This document shows, one piece after another, positions 27,452-37,214 of a stretch of DNA of 64,000 bases. The notes below the pieces were generated by a model that saw only the letters and a program-made list of their open reading frames with translations, was not told where the DNA came from and did no database searches. Every line of letters begins with the position of its first letter. Positions within the stretch are counted from its first letter, which is position 1. The position numbers and the translations under genes are program-made. This DNA is from Candidatus Geothermarchaeota archaeon (GTDB taxonomy: Archaea; Thermoproteota; Nitrososphaeria; Geothermarchaeales; JDFR-13). The stretch spans positions 4,462-68,461 of the forward strand of contig WAKB01000010.1 in NCBI GenBank assembly GCA_015523545.1, given 5' to 3'.

Positions 27452-28461
27452 GCCCTCCCAAGCCTCACAAGCTCATATTCGAGACCCTCAAAGAAAGTCT
27501 TCGACACATAGAGCGCGGACTCCATATGCCTAGTAAAATCCTCCAAGGAGAACTCACCAGACCCCGCCAGGACGGCCAAGGGTATAGCCATGTCGCCTAG
27601 ATGCCTATCCATAGACGCCCCCGACGTCCACCATCCAAGAAACTGGTTGGCAGCCTCCTCACCCACCCTCTCCGCAGGCTTACCCCTCTCACCCAGGGAG
27701 TCCCCACCATTCATCAAGATACCATCATCACCAAGCACCACTATAGAGGTACCGGGGTCAAGACTGTCACCACACATCTGGTCAAGAACCTCAAGCTCCA
27801 CATCGCCAAGCCTCCCCCTCAGTAGGTTCATAGCAGCTCTCGACTGCCTCTCCAGCACATGCCTAGGCAGTCTACACACCACACTAGATATCAGGACACG
27901 CCTAAGCTCATCCCTCCTAGGCCTATTAATCCTCCTATACTCACCAGGCTCGACAACAATCCTAACCTTCCCACCACCCTTCGGGTAGAAACCCCTCCTC
28001 AAAACCTCTATCCTAGCCTCCACACCCGCGAGGCGGAGTAGTGATGTATATGCATACCTCATATAGTCTATTGGTGGGCTCCACCTAACATCAGTCCCCC
28101 CAATCAACACCAGATCAGAGGTAGAGTCGGCAAGAGCCAGGGCAGGGGCCAACGCCTGGATAATCAGGGAGATACTACCAGCAGTACCAATATTATAGGT
28201 GCCATGGACAGCCTTCACACCTCTAAACATCAGCCTAATCTGGGTAGAGCCGATCGACAAGCCCTCGGCCCTACCACCAAACATGTCAAGCATAATCTTG
28301 AGGAGGGTATAGTGCTGCGGCCTCAGCCCAGGGTTAGGCCTATTAGCACGTATACGCAGGATATGGGTCTCGTCACCAGTCACAAGTGCATAGAGAGCCG
28401 CATACCTGAGGATCTGTCCACCACCCTCCCCATAGGAGCCATCGATAACCCTTAGAGGCAT
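27427..28461 (-). CDS. rtcA: RNA 3'-terminal phosphate cyclase
   Basis: DGSYGEGGGQILR, GLRPQH, GGTDV, RRGFYPKGGG, catalytic TRH. Confidence 0.95.
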   Translation of the reverse strand: MPLRVIDGSYGEGGGQILRYAALYALVTGDETHILRIRANRPNPGLRPQHYTLLKIMLDMFGGRAEGLSIGSTQIRLMFRGVKAVHGTYNIGTAGSISLIIQALAPALALADSTSDLVLIGGTDVRWSPPIDYMRYAYTSLLRLAGVEARIEVLRRGFYPKGGGKVRIVVEPGEYRRINRPRRDELRRVLISSVVCRLPRHVLERQSRAAMNLLRGRLGDVELEVLDQMCGDSLDPGTSIVVLGDDGILMNGGDSLGERGKPAERVGEEAANQFLGWWTSGASMDRHLGDMAIPLAVLAGSGEFSLEDFTRHMESALYVSKTFFEGLEYELVRLGRAYLLRMSR

Positions 28462-28480
28462 CTCCCCCTAACAACACCCA

Positions 28481-28888
28481 CTACTCTGGACGAACCCTAA
28501 CGATCTTCTTCCTACCCATAAAATCCCAATACTCCACGATCACGCCAGGCTCCATCTTCTCCCTAAGCTCTTCCTCCTCCGGTAGCTGGGCCTCAAACAC
28601 CTCATAGGTCTCAAGATCCATGAGCTGGATTGAGTCTGTCACAGCCACTACCTGGGCCCTACCCTTCTTAATTATGGGGACCTCAACCCTACTATCTACA
28701 GGGCCCACAATGCTACGCTTAACACCGTCGAACAGCCCTATAGCCACCACACGGGCCTGGGCACTACCATGCTTACCCTTCTTACTCTTCGTGATCTCGA
28801 TAACCTTACAGGGCTCACCATCGATAATCACGTAGCTACCACGCTTCAACTCTCCCAGATCCTTGTAGTCAATACTCATGTTAATCAA
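28481..28888 (-). CDS. eif5a: Translation initiation factor 5A
   Basis: Hypusination loop [13 protein letters not shown]; QLMDLETYE. Confidence 0.97.
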   Translation of the reverse strand: MINMSIDYKDLGELKRGSYVIIDGEPCKVIEITKSKKGKHGSAQARVVAIGLFDGVKRSIVGPVDSRVEVPIIKKGRAQVVAVTDSIQLMDLETYEVFEAQLPEEEELREKMEPGVIVEYWDFMGRKKIVRVRPE

Positions 28889-28962
28889 TATTACCCGTCG
28901 GAGGCCTAATAAACCCGGTGTGGAGGATCAGTTAATTCCAAGATATCAATACTTATTAACTG

Positions 28963-29835
28963 ATGACGAAGCCCGTGATACACACCGTAAGTATAATATA
29001 CGGCTCTAGAGACGGGAGGACACACGATATAATAGAGGTCCTGGAGCACCGACTAGAGGATGCGGGTATAGAAATACTAGACATGGTAGACCTAAGCGGG
29101 ATATTCCCCGAGGGCATAATAGATCCTAGGGATATACCCCACCACCTCTTCACAGCCAGGGGAGACATAGCGATAGTTATCGGTGGGGACGGGACAGTAC
29201 TAAGAGCCCTACTAGGCATAAAGGATAAGGAGACACCCCTCCTAACAATAGGCCTAGGCGAGAAGAACTTCATGTCCTCAACCACCCCCTCAAACCTAGA
29301 GAGGCATATCGAAGACCTACTGAAGAACCGGTTCTACATAAGGAAGGAGATGCGACTGGAGGTGGAGATAGGGGGTTTAAAGACACCACCAATACTTAAC
29401 GAGGTCTCATACCACAGCTCCAACATAGGGAAGACGATAAAACCGATCGTACAGCTATACACAAAGGGGAGGGCCCACACCCTATGGAGCGTAAAGTCAG
29501 ACGGAGTATTAGTAGCGACACCTATAGGCTCCACAGCCTATTCCTACGCCGCTGGAGGCCCAGCAGTAGACACCGACCTAGAGGTAATGATAATAACTCC
29601 ACTAACCCCCATCAGCAAGATACCATCCTACGTAGTAAGCACCAGACACACAGTAGTACTGACAGCCGACAAGTCGAGGAGCAACCCAGCAGTGATCCTA
29701 GACGGGCAGATAGCTACAGACGTCGACTGGGACACCCCCGTAAAAGTATATAGATCAGACCTATACGCACAGTTCATAGTATTCAACAAGGACATGAACA
29801 TTACACGGATGGTGAAGGTGGCAAGTGAGAGATGA
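28963..29835 (+). CDS. nadK: NAD kinase
   Basis: GGDGT, LNE, DGVLVATPIGSTAYSYAAGGP. Confidence 0.93.
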   Translation: MTKPVIHTVSIIYGSRDGRTHDIIEVLEHRLEDAGIEILDMVDLSGIFPEGIIDPRDIPHHLFTARGDIAIVIGGDGTVLRALLGIKDKETPLLTIGLGEKNFMSSTTPSNLERHIEDLLKNRFYIRKEMRLEVEIGGLKTPPILNEVSYHSSNIGKTIKPIVQLYTKGRAHTLWSVKSDGVLVATPIGSTAYSYAAGGPAVDTDLEVMIITPLTPISKIPSYVVSTRHTVVLTADKSRSNPAVILDGQIATDVDWDTPVKVYRSDLYAQFIVFNKDMNITRMVKVASER

Positions 29836-30328
29836 GGAGATCTACATACTAGACACATCAGCACTACTCATAATGCCCATCAAGAAGACGAGGAGAAGGA
29901 TATATATCACAACACCCGAGACAATAGAAGAGATAAAGAGGGACGAGATAAGGAGGGAGGCGATAAGACTTCATATAGAGACTGGCACACTCATCCTAGC
30001 CAAACCCAGTAGGAAACACCTAATAGAAGCTAGGAGAATAGCCAAGGAGCTGGGGGAGGACCAGAGACTATCCAAGGCAGACCTATCCATAATAGGACTA
30101 GCGATAAGATATAGAGAGAACAACCCTATAGTCGTGACAGACGACTACTCCATACAGAACATCCTCAGGAAGATAGGGATAGCCTACGCCAAGGTGAGGA
30201 GAGAGATAAGAAGTGAAGCTACATGGATATACAGATGCAAGGCCTGTGGAAAGACCTTCGAGAGATACATGGAGACGTGTGACGAGTGCGGAGGCGAGAT
30301 TGAAAGGACACGGACCCGTGGAGACTAG
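29825..30328 (+). CDS. nob1: Nob1-like PIN endonuclease with zinc ribbon
   Basis: LDTSA, LSKAD, TDDYSIQN, CKAC...CDEC. Confidence 0.92.
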   Translation: MRDEEIYILDTSALLIMPIKKTRRRIYITTPETIEEIKRDEIRREAIRLHIETGTLILAKPSRKHLIEARRIAKELGEDQRLSKADLSIIGLAIRYRENNPIVVTDDYSIQNILRKIGIAYAKVRREIRSEATWIYRCKACGKTFERYMETCDECGGEIERTRTRGD

Positions 30329-30331
30329 CCG

Positions 30332-30352
30332 AATACTTTCACCCAACACATA
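30332..30352 (+). promoter_or_regulatory. Conserved motif upstream of cdc6 (AATACTTTCACCCAACACATA)
   Basis: 18 of 21 positions identical to 35028-35048 upstream of mcm. Confidence 0.55.
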
Positions 30353-30403
30353 ACCTAACATAAATTTCCATACCCAGCAAGGATTGATTGGAGGAATGGG
30401 AGG

Positions 30404-31606
30404 ATGGGAATATTCAAGAATAGGGACGCCCTAGCCCCCAGCTACATCCCACCCGAGATACCCCATAGACAGGACAAGCTGGAGGAGTTAATGTCATACT
30501 TCAAGCCAGTCATAGAGAATAAACAGGACTTTGAACATGTATTCATAGTAGGAAATACTGGTACTGGTAAGACACTGGTGGCCAGACACCTCGAGAAGAA
30601 CATCCTGAAGTATAAGAACAGCCACTACATAGACGTGATCTACGTAAACGCTAGATTCGAACGTATACCCGGCAACATAGTTAGGAGGATGATGAGATGG
30701 GCCAACCCCATGGCCCCCCTAAGAGGATACTCCGTGGAAGACATGTATAGATACTTCCTAACATTCCTCTCAAACAGCCAGTGGAGAGTCCTACTCATAC
30801 TGGACGACGCCGACCACCTATTCGAGAAGCATATGGTATTCATCTACCAGTTAGGCAGGGTATACGAGGCTGGCATACGCGGAAAACTATCCATCCTCTT
30901 CATAGTCAGGAGCGTGGCCAGCATAAACAAGAGCAACCCATGGGCACTGGGAGGGATAAGGAAGAACATAGTCCACTTCGAAGACTATACCTATGAGGAG
31001 CTGGTCGACATACTCGAGTACAGAGCTAGACAGGCCTTCCACGACGGTGCAATAACCTACGAAGCAATAGAGACGGCCGCCGACATAGCATCTACATATA
31101 ACTTCAACGCTAGATACGCCATCGAACTACTCCTAAAGGCGGGTATGATAGCTGAGAAGAACGGCGAAGACACCGTGAGGCCCGAGCATATAAGGAGGGC
31201 CAGACTGGAGGTCCCCCCATCATTCACCTACGACGAGCTGGAGTCCCTAACCCTCCAGGAGAAGATACTGGTATACTCCCTAGCAGAGATACTGAGCGAG
31301 GGAAACAAGTCATTCGCAACCACCGGTGAGCTAGAGAGGAAATATAGGGAGAATGCACGCAGCTTCGGGGTCGAGCCCGTAGGCCACACATGGTTCTGGA
31401 AGATGCTCAATACCCTAGCGGCCTTCGGAATAATATCCAAGAGACTCTCATCAAAGAAGTTCAAAGGCAGGACTACCCTGACCACACTCCCCATGAATGA
31501 CGATAGGGTAGGCCTCCCCTCATTCTCCGCGGAGATACTGATGGAGAGGCTGAAGGAGATGATCGAGAATGAGGGTCTACAGGAACCCAAGCGACAGGCC
31601 GAGTAG
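30404..31606 (+). CDS. cdc6: Orc1/Cdc6 replication initiator
   Basis: IFKNRDALAPSYIP..IPHR, GNTGTGKT, LILDDAD, YTYEELVDILEYRA, NARYAIELL, C-terminal wHTH ending GRTT. Confidence 0.95.
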   Translation: MGIFKNRDALAPSYIPPEIPHRQDKLEELMSYFKPVIENKQDFEHVFIVGNTGTGKTLVARHLEKNILKYKNSHYIDVIYVNARFERIPGNIVRRMMRWANPMAPLRGYSVEDMYRYFLTFLSNSQWRVLLILDDADHLFEKHMVFIYQLGRVYEAGIRGKLSILFIVRSVASINKSNPWALGGIRKNIVHFEDYTYEELVDILEYRARQAFHDGAITYEAIETAADIASTYNFNARYAIELLLKAGMIAEKNGEDTVRPEHIRRARLEVPPSFTYDELESLTLQEKILVYSLAEILSEGNKSFATTGELERKYRENARSFGVEPVGHTWFWKMLNTLAAFGIISKRLSSKKFKGRTTLTTLPMNDDRVGLPSFSAEILMERLKEMIENEGLQEPKRQAE

Positions 31607-31883
31607 ATGGATAAGGAGCAGGATAGACCTAGAGATACTGGAGGAGATAGTCCTAAACGACTTCATGACGGCCACACAGCTGAAGAACAGGCTAGACACC
31701 TCGTATAAGACTGTTGCAGAAGCACTCTCGAGACTCGTCTCAAACAATATACTGATGGAGGTGGAGATAGGGAGGCTAAGGATATACACCCTCAACCCAT
31801 TCAGTAGGAGGGCTACACACATAAAGAAGTTCATAGAGGAGTGGATAGAGCTACCCCTTGAACACCCGCTTCCTCACGGATAG
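31569..31883 (+). CDS. Small winged-helix (ArsR-like) DNA-binding protein coupled to cdc6
   Basis: MTATQLKNRLDTSYKTVAEALSRLVSNNIL, wing GRLRIYTLN; overlaps the cdc6 3' end. Confidence 0.8.
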   Translation: MRVYRNPSDRPSRWIRSRIDLEILEEIVLNDFMTATQLKNRLDTSYKTVAEALSRLVSNNILMEVEIGRLRIYTLNPFSRRATHIKKFIEEWIELPLEHPLPHG

Positions 31884-32207
31884 CCGATACTTATCAACCA
31901 CGTCCTCCGAATAGGTACATTCCCTACATAGACAGAGGTTCACATCTTTACGGCAGACATCGGTGTATTCACACTCCTCACAATCAACGTCACGGCCACA
32001 TATGGTGCATGTAACCATGGGGAGCAGGACGAGGCCCAGACGAATCAGGATCTTATTCAGGTTAGACAGTGCATAGTAATCCCTAACCGTGAAGCCTGCA
32101 CCCCTGACATAGTCTACCCCATCGATCCTAACCACATCCTTGAACAAATCTCCAAGCCGCCTAGGAATCCGGAAAGGCTCCCCATACTTTATCTTCATCA
32201 CCTGCAT
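31851..32207 (-). CDS. Hypothetical Cys-rich metal-binding protein
   Basis: Eight Cys: CTIC...CEEC...C...CLCREC; starts 4 bp after rfcL. Confidence 0.75.
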   Translation of the reverse strand: MQVMKIKYGEPFRIPRRLGDLFKDVVRIDGVDYVRGAGFTVRDYYALSNLNKILIRLGLVLLPMVTCTICGRDVDCEECEYTDVCRKDVNLCLCRECTYSEDVVDKYRLSVRKRVFKG

Positions 32208-32211
32208 ATCC

Positions 32212-33396
32212 CTACACCCTCAGCCCAAAGGATCTAGAGACCCATTCATAAAGCTTCTTAAACTGGTTCCTATGTAGTAGGGCTGCAGGGGCCAAGGTAC
32301 CTACGAGGAACTTCCTCCTAGACTCGTGGAGCCTCCTTCCAAGCTCCTCCAACAAGGCGTCCAGCTCCTCCCTAACAGCCCTGTTGGACACGAAGAGATA
32401 GAACCTATACTCAGGGATCCTACCGTCATAGACAGCCCCCCACTTATTGGCCTGATAGACTATCCACGAGAGGAGATGGGGGATATACCTCATGTAGAAA
32501 TACATCCGCTCCCGCTCCATTCTCCCTATCATGGTATCTACAAGCGAGACTACCCCAAGTAGAGAGAGCCTCCTATCATCCTTCATGACGGGAGACCTAG
32601 CTATGATATCGAAATAGGTATATAGCACATCCTTCCAGTGCTGGGGATTAGCCTCAATCAATGCCCTTATCTCTTGTAGAGAGATAGAGGAGGAGATCCT
32701 CTGGAGCAGCATATTTATCGGCAGGTTCTCCATAGGATTGGCCAGAGCCTCCACATCACCCCCCATACTAAGGGAGTATAGCATGTTGATAGCCATCCTA
32801 GCATCACCCCTAGCCCTCTCAGCTATCTTGACTAGATCCTCCCTCCCCACCGATAGGCCCTCCTCCCTAACAATCCTACTAAGCACAACAATGATCTGCC
32901 TTGGTGTCAGACTCCTGAACTCCACCACTTCAAAGGACTGGAGCAGCTGCTTATGCCTAACCGGGTCGATGAAGTTTGCAGCAGCCACGACTGGAAACTC
33001 TTTCTTAGAGGCTATCTCAAGAACAGCGGAGAGGCCCCCCGTATCCTCCCTAGGATCGAGGCCATCGATCTCGTCGAAGAAGACTAGGGGGCGCATAGCC
33101 CTACCCCAGAAATAGGCATCTAGGGTACGCCCCCTAGACAGGCCACCCACAGCCTTCTGTATCCTATCCGCACTCCTCACATCACTAGCGTTAAGCTCTA
33201 TGACGTGATACCCAAGGTCATTCGCAGCTGCATATACACTAGCAGTCTTACCCACCCCGGCCGGTCCATAGAGCAGGATACCGTGCTTAGGATACTTATC
33301 CCAATTCCTTAGATAGTTCACCAGCCTCTCCTTAGCCTCCTCATTCCCGACCACATCGACTAGGCTCCTAGGTCTAAACTTTTCAGTCCAGTTCAT
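32212..33396 (-). CDS. rfcL: Replication factor C large subunit
   Basis: [39 protein letters not shown]. Confidence 0.93.
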   Translation of the reverse strand: MNWTEKFRPRSLVDVVGNEEAKERLVNYLRNWDKYPKHGILLYGPAGVGKTASVYAAANDLGYHVIELNASDVRSADRIQKAVGGLSRGRTLDAYFWGRAMRPLVFFDEIDGLDPREDTGGLSAVLEIASKKEFPVVAAANFIDPVRHKQLLQSFEVVEFRSLTPRQIIVVLSRIVREEGLSVGREDLVKIAERARGDARMAINMLYSLSMGGDVEALANPMENLPINMLLQRISSSISLQEIRALIEANPQHWKDVLYTYFDIIARSPVMKDDRRLSLLGVVSLVDTMIGRMERERMYFYMRYIPHLLSWIVYQANKWGAVYDGRIPEYRFYLFVSNRAVREELDALLEELGRRLHESRRKFLVGTLAPAALLHRNQFKKLYEWVSRSFGLRV

Positions 33397-34370
33397 CCCT
33401 CACCACGCATCGATGAGGTTATCCTGGCAACCAGAGCAACAAGCTGTATCTCAGGATTGGAGCTGAACTGTATACGATACTCAGTCTCTGCCATAGCCTC
33501 AGCTATCTCCGGGGTCAAGAGGTTCCTAGAGACCATCTCCGAGTAGAGGAGGCGCAGAACCTCACCAGCATCCAGTCCTGAGACGCTCATAAAGTCGTAT
33601 AGAGTAGCCCTGGCATTGTTGAAGTCCCCCATCCTCATGTAATCCACTATCCTCGACACCGCCTCAGGAGAGGCCGTACCAACAATCCTCTCGACAACAT
33701 CGGGGGTAGGCCTACCACCACTAACAGTCGCCGCGGACTGGAGAAGGTTAATCGCCTTCCTAAGATCCCCCATAGACACGTTATAGATCTTCCTAATCAG
33801 ATCCTCGCTACACTCGACACCCTCCCTGGAACAGATCATCATTAGATATGACTTAGCATCCTCATAGCTAAGCCTCTTAAACCTGAAAATAGCAGTCCTA
33901 CTCTGGATAGGGGATATTATCCTGTTTAGATAGTTACAGATCAGGATGAACCTGGTAACCCTAGCATTAACCTCCATAATCCTCCTAAGAGCTGTCTGGG
34001 CCTCAGCGGTCATCATATCAGCCTCGTCAAGGATAACCAGTTTGAACGGGGCCTCCTCGGAGGGCGAGAAGTACTGGGCAAATACCTTGACCTTCTCCCT
34101 AATCACATTTATCCCACGCTCATCACTCGCGTTAAGCTCCAGGACATACTCCCTCCAATGATCACCATAAAGCTCCCTGGCAAAGGCTAGGGCCACCGTC
34201 GTCTTACCAGTACCCGGGGGCCCCGCAAACAGTAGGTGCGGCATATCAGACACATTACTCGACAATAAATTCTTCAGACCCTCTACAACCTCCTCCTGAT
34301 TAACAACCTCATCCAGTGTCTTCGGCCTATACTTCTCTATCCACAGCATGCTACCAGTGGGGGATGACAC
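33393..34370 (-). CDS. rfcS: Replication factor C small subunit
   Basis: [42 protein letters not shown]; no intein. Confidence 0.97.
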   Translation of the reverse strand: MSSPTGSMLWIEKYRPKTLDEVVNQEEVVEGLKNLLSSNVSDMPHLLFAGPPGTGKTTVALAFARELYGDHWREYVLELNASDERGINVIREKVKVFAQYFSPSEEAPFKLVILDEADMMTAEAQTALRRIMEVNARVTRFILICNYLNRIISPIQSRTAIFRFKRLSYEDAKSYLMMICSREGVECSEDLIRKIYNVSMGDLRKAINLLQSAATVSGGRPTPDVVERIVGTASPEAVSRIVDYMRMGDFNNARATLYDFMSVSGLDAGEVLRLLYSEMVSRNLLTPEIAEAMAETEYRIQFSSNPEIQLVALVARITSSMRGEG

Positions 34371-34465
34371 CTACACCACCTCTACACTATTTTTGCGGAT
34401 ATATTGGAATTAAAGGCCCTGAACGGTTAATCAGTTAGGATAATCCCAATAAGTCTTGGGGTCTA

Positions 34466-35020
34466 ATGATGGGGCTGGAGGAGGATATAAAGATACTCCT
34501 CAACCTATCAACACTCGTGGGTAACAAGTCGGTTGAGATCGTCTTCGTAAGAAGCATAAACAGGCTAGACATAGGGGGAGAAGTCATAGAGGACAAGGTC
34601 AAAGGATCCTCCATGAAGACAACCCTAAAAACTGCTATGGAACTAATCGAGAAGGGATACGCAACAATACCCGACGAATACATCACGTGGGTAAAGAAGA
34701 TAATATGGAAGGAGAAATCTAGGGAGACTAGAAGGACGCTTCCAAAGGAGGAGGACAGCTTCTACCCAAAGATCGCCCTCATAATCTACGCCATTAAACA
34801 CGACAGAAATCTCGAGCTGGATGAGAACACCAAGCTATCCATAACAAACCAGGTTAGGCACATCGTTTCGAGGAGGCTACAGCTGATAATCTCAGAGGCC
34901 TTCGCAAAGATAGACCACCTAGTTAGCAACATGACTCCCGAGGAACACCTACTCGCAAGAATCATCAACAATGTGATAACAGAGTGGCGTGAAGGCGTCT
35001 ATATCAACGAGCTCCTGTAG
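34466..35020 (+). CDS. GINS subunit (Gins23-like, divergent)
   Basis: Directly upstream of mcm; beta-rich N-terminal part then a helical part with RRLQLII and NMTPEE. Confidence 0.72.
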   Translation: MMGLEEDIKILLNLSTLVGNKSVEIVFVRSINRLDIGGEVIEDKVKGSSMKTTLKTAMELIEKGYATIPDEYITWVKKIIWKEKSRETRRTLPKEEDSFYPKIALIIYAIKHDRNLELDENTKLSITNQVRHIVSRRLQLIISEAFAKIDHLVSNMTPEEHLLARIINNVITEWREGVYINELL

Positions 35021-35027
35021 CCAGAGC

Positions 35028-35048
35028 AATATTTTCACCCGACCCATA
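35028..35048 (+). promoter_or_regulatory. Conserved motif upstream of mcm (AATATTTTCACCCGACCCATA)
   Basis: 18 of 21 positions identical to 30332-30352. Confidence 0.55.
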
Positions 35049-35088
35049 CGAGTAAAATAGACATATAATCCAAGATGATTAGTGGAGC

Positions 35089-37191
35089 ATGAGTGATGAG
35101 AGGATAGATACTAGGGAGGAGAAGGTAACCGAGCTATACCACTTCTTCCTGAACTATGTAGATCCGGCCACAAAGGAGTATAAGTATAAGGATAGACTCC
35201 ATGAACTCCCAAGCCAGCCGAGAAGATTCAAGATCCTCAGGGTGGACTTCGACGACCTAGTCATAAGCCTACCCGAAATAGCTATGGAGTTATCTAGAGA
35301 CCCTAGAACCGTGATCGAATACATGCAGGAAGCAGCCTATGAAGCCTTGGCCAACATTAGACCCCTAGACGCCGAGGCAATGAGTAGGGACGAGATACAC
35401 ATAGCCATAGTAGGCGAGAACGCGGGAACAGAACTCAGGATAAGGGACATCTCATCGGCATATGTAGGGAGGCTCATCACGATTAGCGGCCTCCTAGTAA
35501 AGCTAAGCCAGGTATATCTCAAGCTACACAAAGTCGTATATGTATGTACAAACGCGGACTGCAACTATGAACTCGAGATAGAGGCCCGATCCATAGGGGA
35601 GGAGCCGGGGCCACCGCCAAAGGAATGCCCAATATGCGAGAAGAAGAACACCTTCAGGATAGACCCTAGGAGAACAATATATAAGGACGTACAGTTCGCA
35701 AGGATCCAAGAGAAGCCTGAGGAACTCCCACCAGGCCAGATACCCAGGTTCATAGACATCGTGCTCGAGGAGCCCCTGATAGATGTAGCCTACCCAGGCG
35801 AGTATGTGAGGGTAGTGGGGATCCTCGACATTGACAGGATTAAGAGCAGAGAGGCCAGGTATCAGTTCCGCCTAGTAGCCCTCAGTATGGAGAGCCTAGG
35901 TAAGGAGAACGTGGAGACGAAGCTCACGAAGAAGGATATCGAGATGCTTAAGGAGATGAGTAAATCCCCCGACTTCTACGACAAGATACTGCGGAGCTTC
36001 TCACCAAGCATATATGGACATAGACATGTGAAGGAGGCCCTGCTACTAGCCATAATAGGTGCTGACGACAAGGTCCTCCCAGATGGAAACAGAATAAGGG
36101 GTAGGATACACGTACTCCTAGTAGGAGACCCAGGAGTAGCGAAGAGCCAACTACTGAAATACGCGGTTCAGATAGCCCCTAAGGGGATATACACCAGTGG
36201 AAGGGGATCAACAGCAGCCGGGCTCACCGCAGCAGTAATCAAAGACCCTGGAGGAGGGATGAGCCTAGAGGCGGGTGCCGTAGTATTGGCTGACATGGGG
36301 ATATGTGCAATAGACGAGATAGACAAGATGAGGAATGAGGATAGGGTGGCTATCCACGAGGCCATGGAGCAGCTTACGGTCTCCGTATCTAAAGGTGGAA
36401 TAATAGCTACGCTGAACGCCAGAACCACGATAATAGCGGCTGCCAACCCCAAGGGTGGACGCTACAACCCACACCTATACTTCACCGACAACGTCAACCT
36501 ACCCCCCACACTGATCTCAAGGTTTGACATAATACACCTCATGAGGGACATACCAGACCCCAAGGCGGATGAGGAGCTTATAGACCACATAATCATGGCT
36601 AGGGAGGGGGAGAAAGTCTATGAAGACACCTTCAGCCCAGACTTCCTAAAGAAGTATATCCTCTACGCAAAACGACTAAAACCCGTCTTCACAGAGGAGG
36701 CATACGCAAAGCTCAAGGAATTCTTCCTAAGCAGGAGGAAGAAGTATGATCCAGACACAGGGACGATGCCCATAACCAATAGGCAGTTCGAGGCCCTCAT
36801 AAGGATAGCAGAAGCCTCTGCAAAGGCCCATCTAAGAGAAGTAGTCACGGTGGAGGACGCGGAGATAGCGATAAACCAGCTGAACAAGTTCCTAAGGGAG
36901 GTAGCCTTCGACGAGGAGAGTCAGGAGGTAGACGTCACATCCATCCTAGTCGGCCAGAGCAAGAAGGTCTCCAAGGTCCATACAGTACTAGATATAATAA
37001 GTGAGATGCAGGACGAGGTGGATGGAAACCCAGTACCAATTGAAGAGGTGATCAAGAGGGTGGTGGAGAAGACCAGGCTGAAGGATCCCGACGAGATAGC
37101 TAGGCTACTCGACAAGATGCATGACCAAGGCCTAGTAACATATCCACAGCCAGGGCTGGTATCAATAGTCGGGAAGAGGAGGAAGAAGTAG
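35089..37191 (+). CDS. mcm: MCM replicative helicase
   Basis: C4 zinc finger, GDPGVAKSQLL, TAAGLTAA, IDEIDKM, SRFD; no intein. Confidence 0.98.
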   Translation: MSDERIDTREEKVTELYHFFLNYVDPATKEYKYKDRLHELPSQPRRFKILRVDFDDLVISLPEIAMELSRDPRTVIEYMQEAAYEALANIRPLDAEAMSRDEIHIAIVGENAGTELRIRDISSAYVGRLITISGLLVKLSQVYLKLHKVVYVCTNADCNYELEIEARSIGEEPGPPPKECPICEKKNTFRIDPRRTIYKDVQFARIQEKPEELPPGQIPRFIDIVLEEPLIDVAYPGEYVRVVGILDIDRIKSREARYQFRLVALSMESLGKENVETKLTKKDIEMLKEMSKSPDFYDKILRSFSPSIYGHRHVKEALLLAIIGADDKVLPDGNRIRGRIHVLLVGDPGVAKSQLLKYAVQIAPKGIYTSGRGSTAAGLTAAVIKDPGGGMSLEAGAVVLADMGICAIDEIDKMRNEDRVAIHEAMEQLTVSVSKGGIIATLNARTTIIAAANPKGGRYNPHLYFTDNVNLPPTLISRFDIIHLMRDIPDPKADEELIDHIIMAREGEKVYEDTFSPDFLKKYILYAKRLKPVFTEEAYAKLKEFFLSRRKKYDPDTGTMPITNRQFEALIRIAEASAKAHLREVVTVEDAEIAINQLNKFLREVAFDEESQEVDVTSILVGQSKKVSKVHTVLDIISEMQDEVDGNPVPIEEVIKRVVEKTRLKDPDEIARLLDKMHDQGLVTYPQPGLVSIVGKRRKK

Positions 37192-37214
37192 GATAGATGA
37201 GATGAGGTGTAGAG

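Noticed and set aside
30329-30403. Replication origin next to cdc6
   Set aside because: Only 75 bp, with no ORB repeats or G-string and no extended AT-rich unwinding element.
33393-37191. Inteins in RFC small subunit or MCM
   Set aside because: Both proteins are normal length with uninterrupted Walker motifs.
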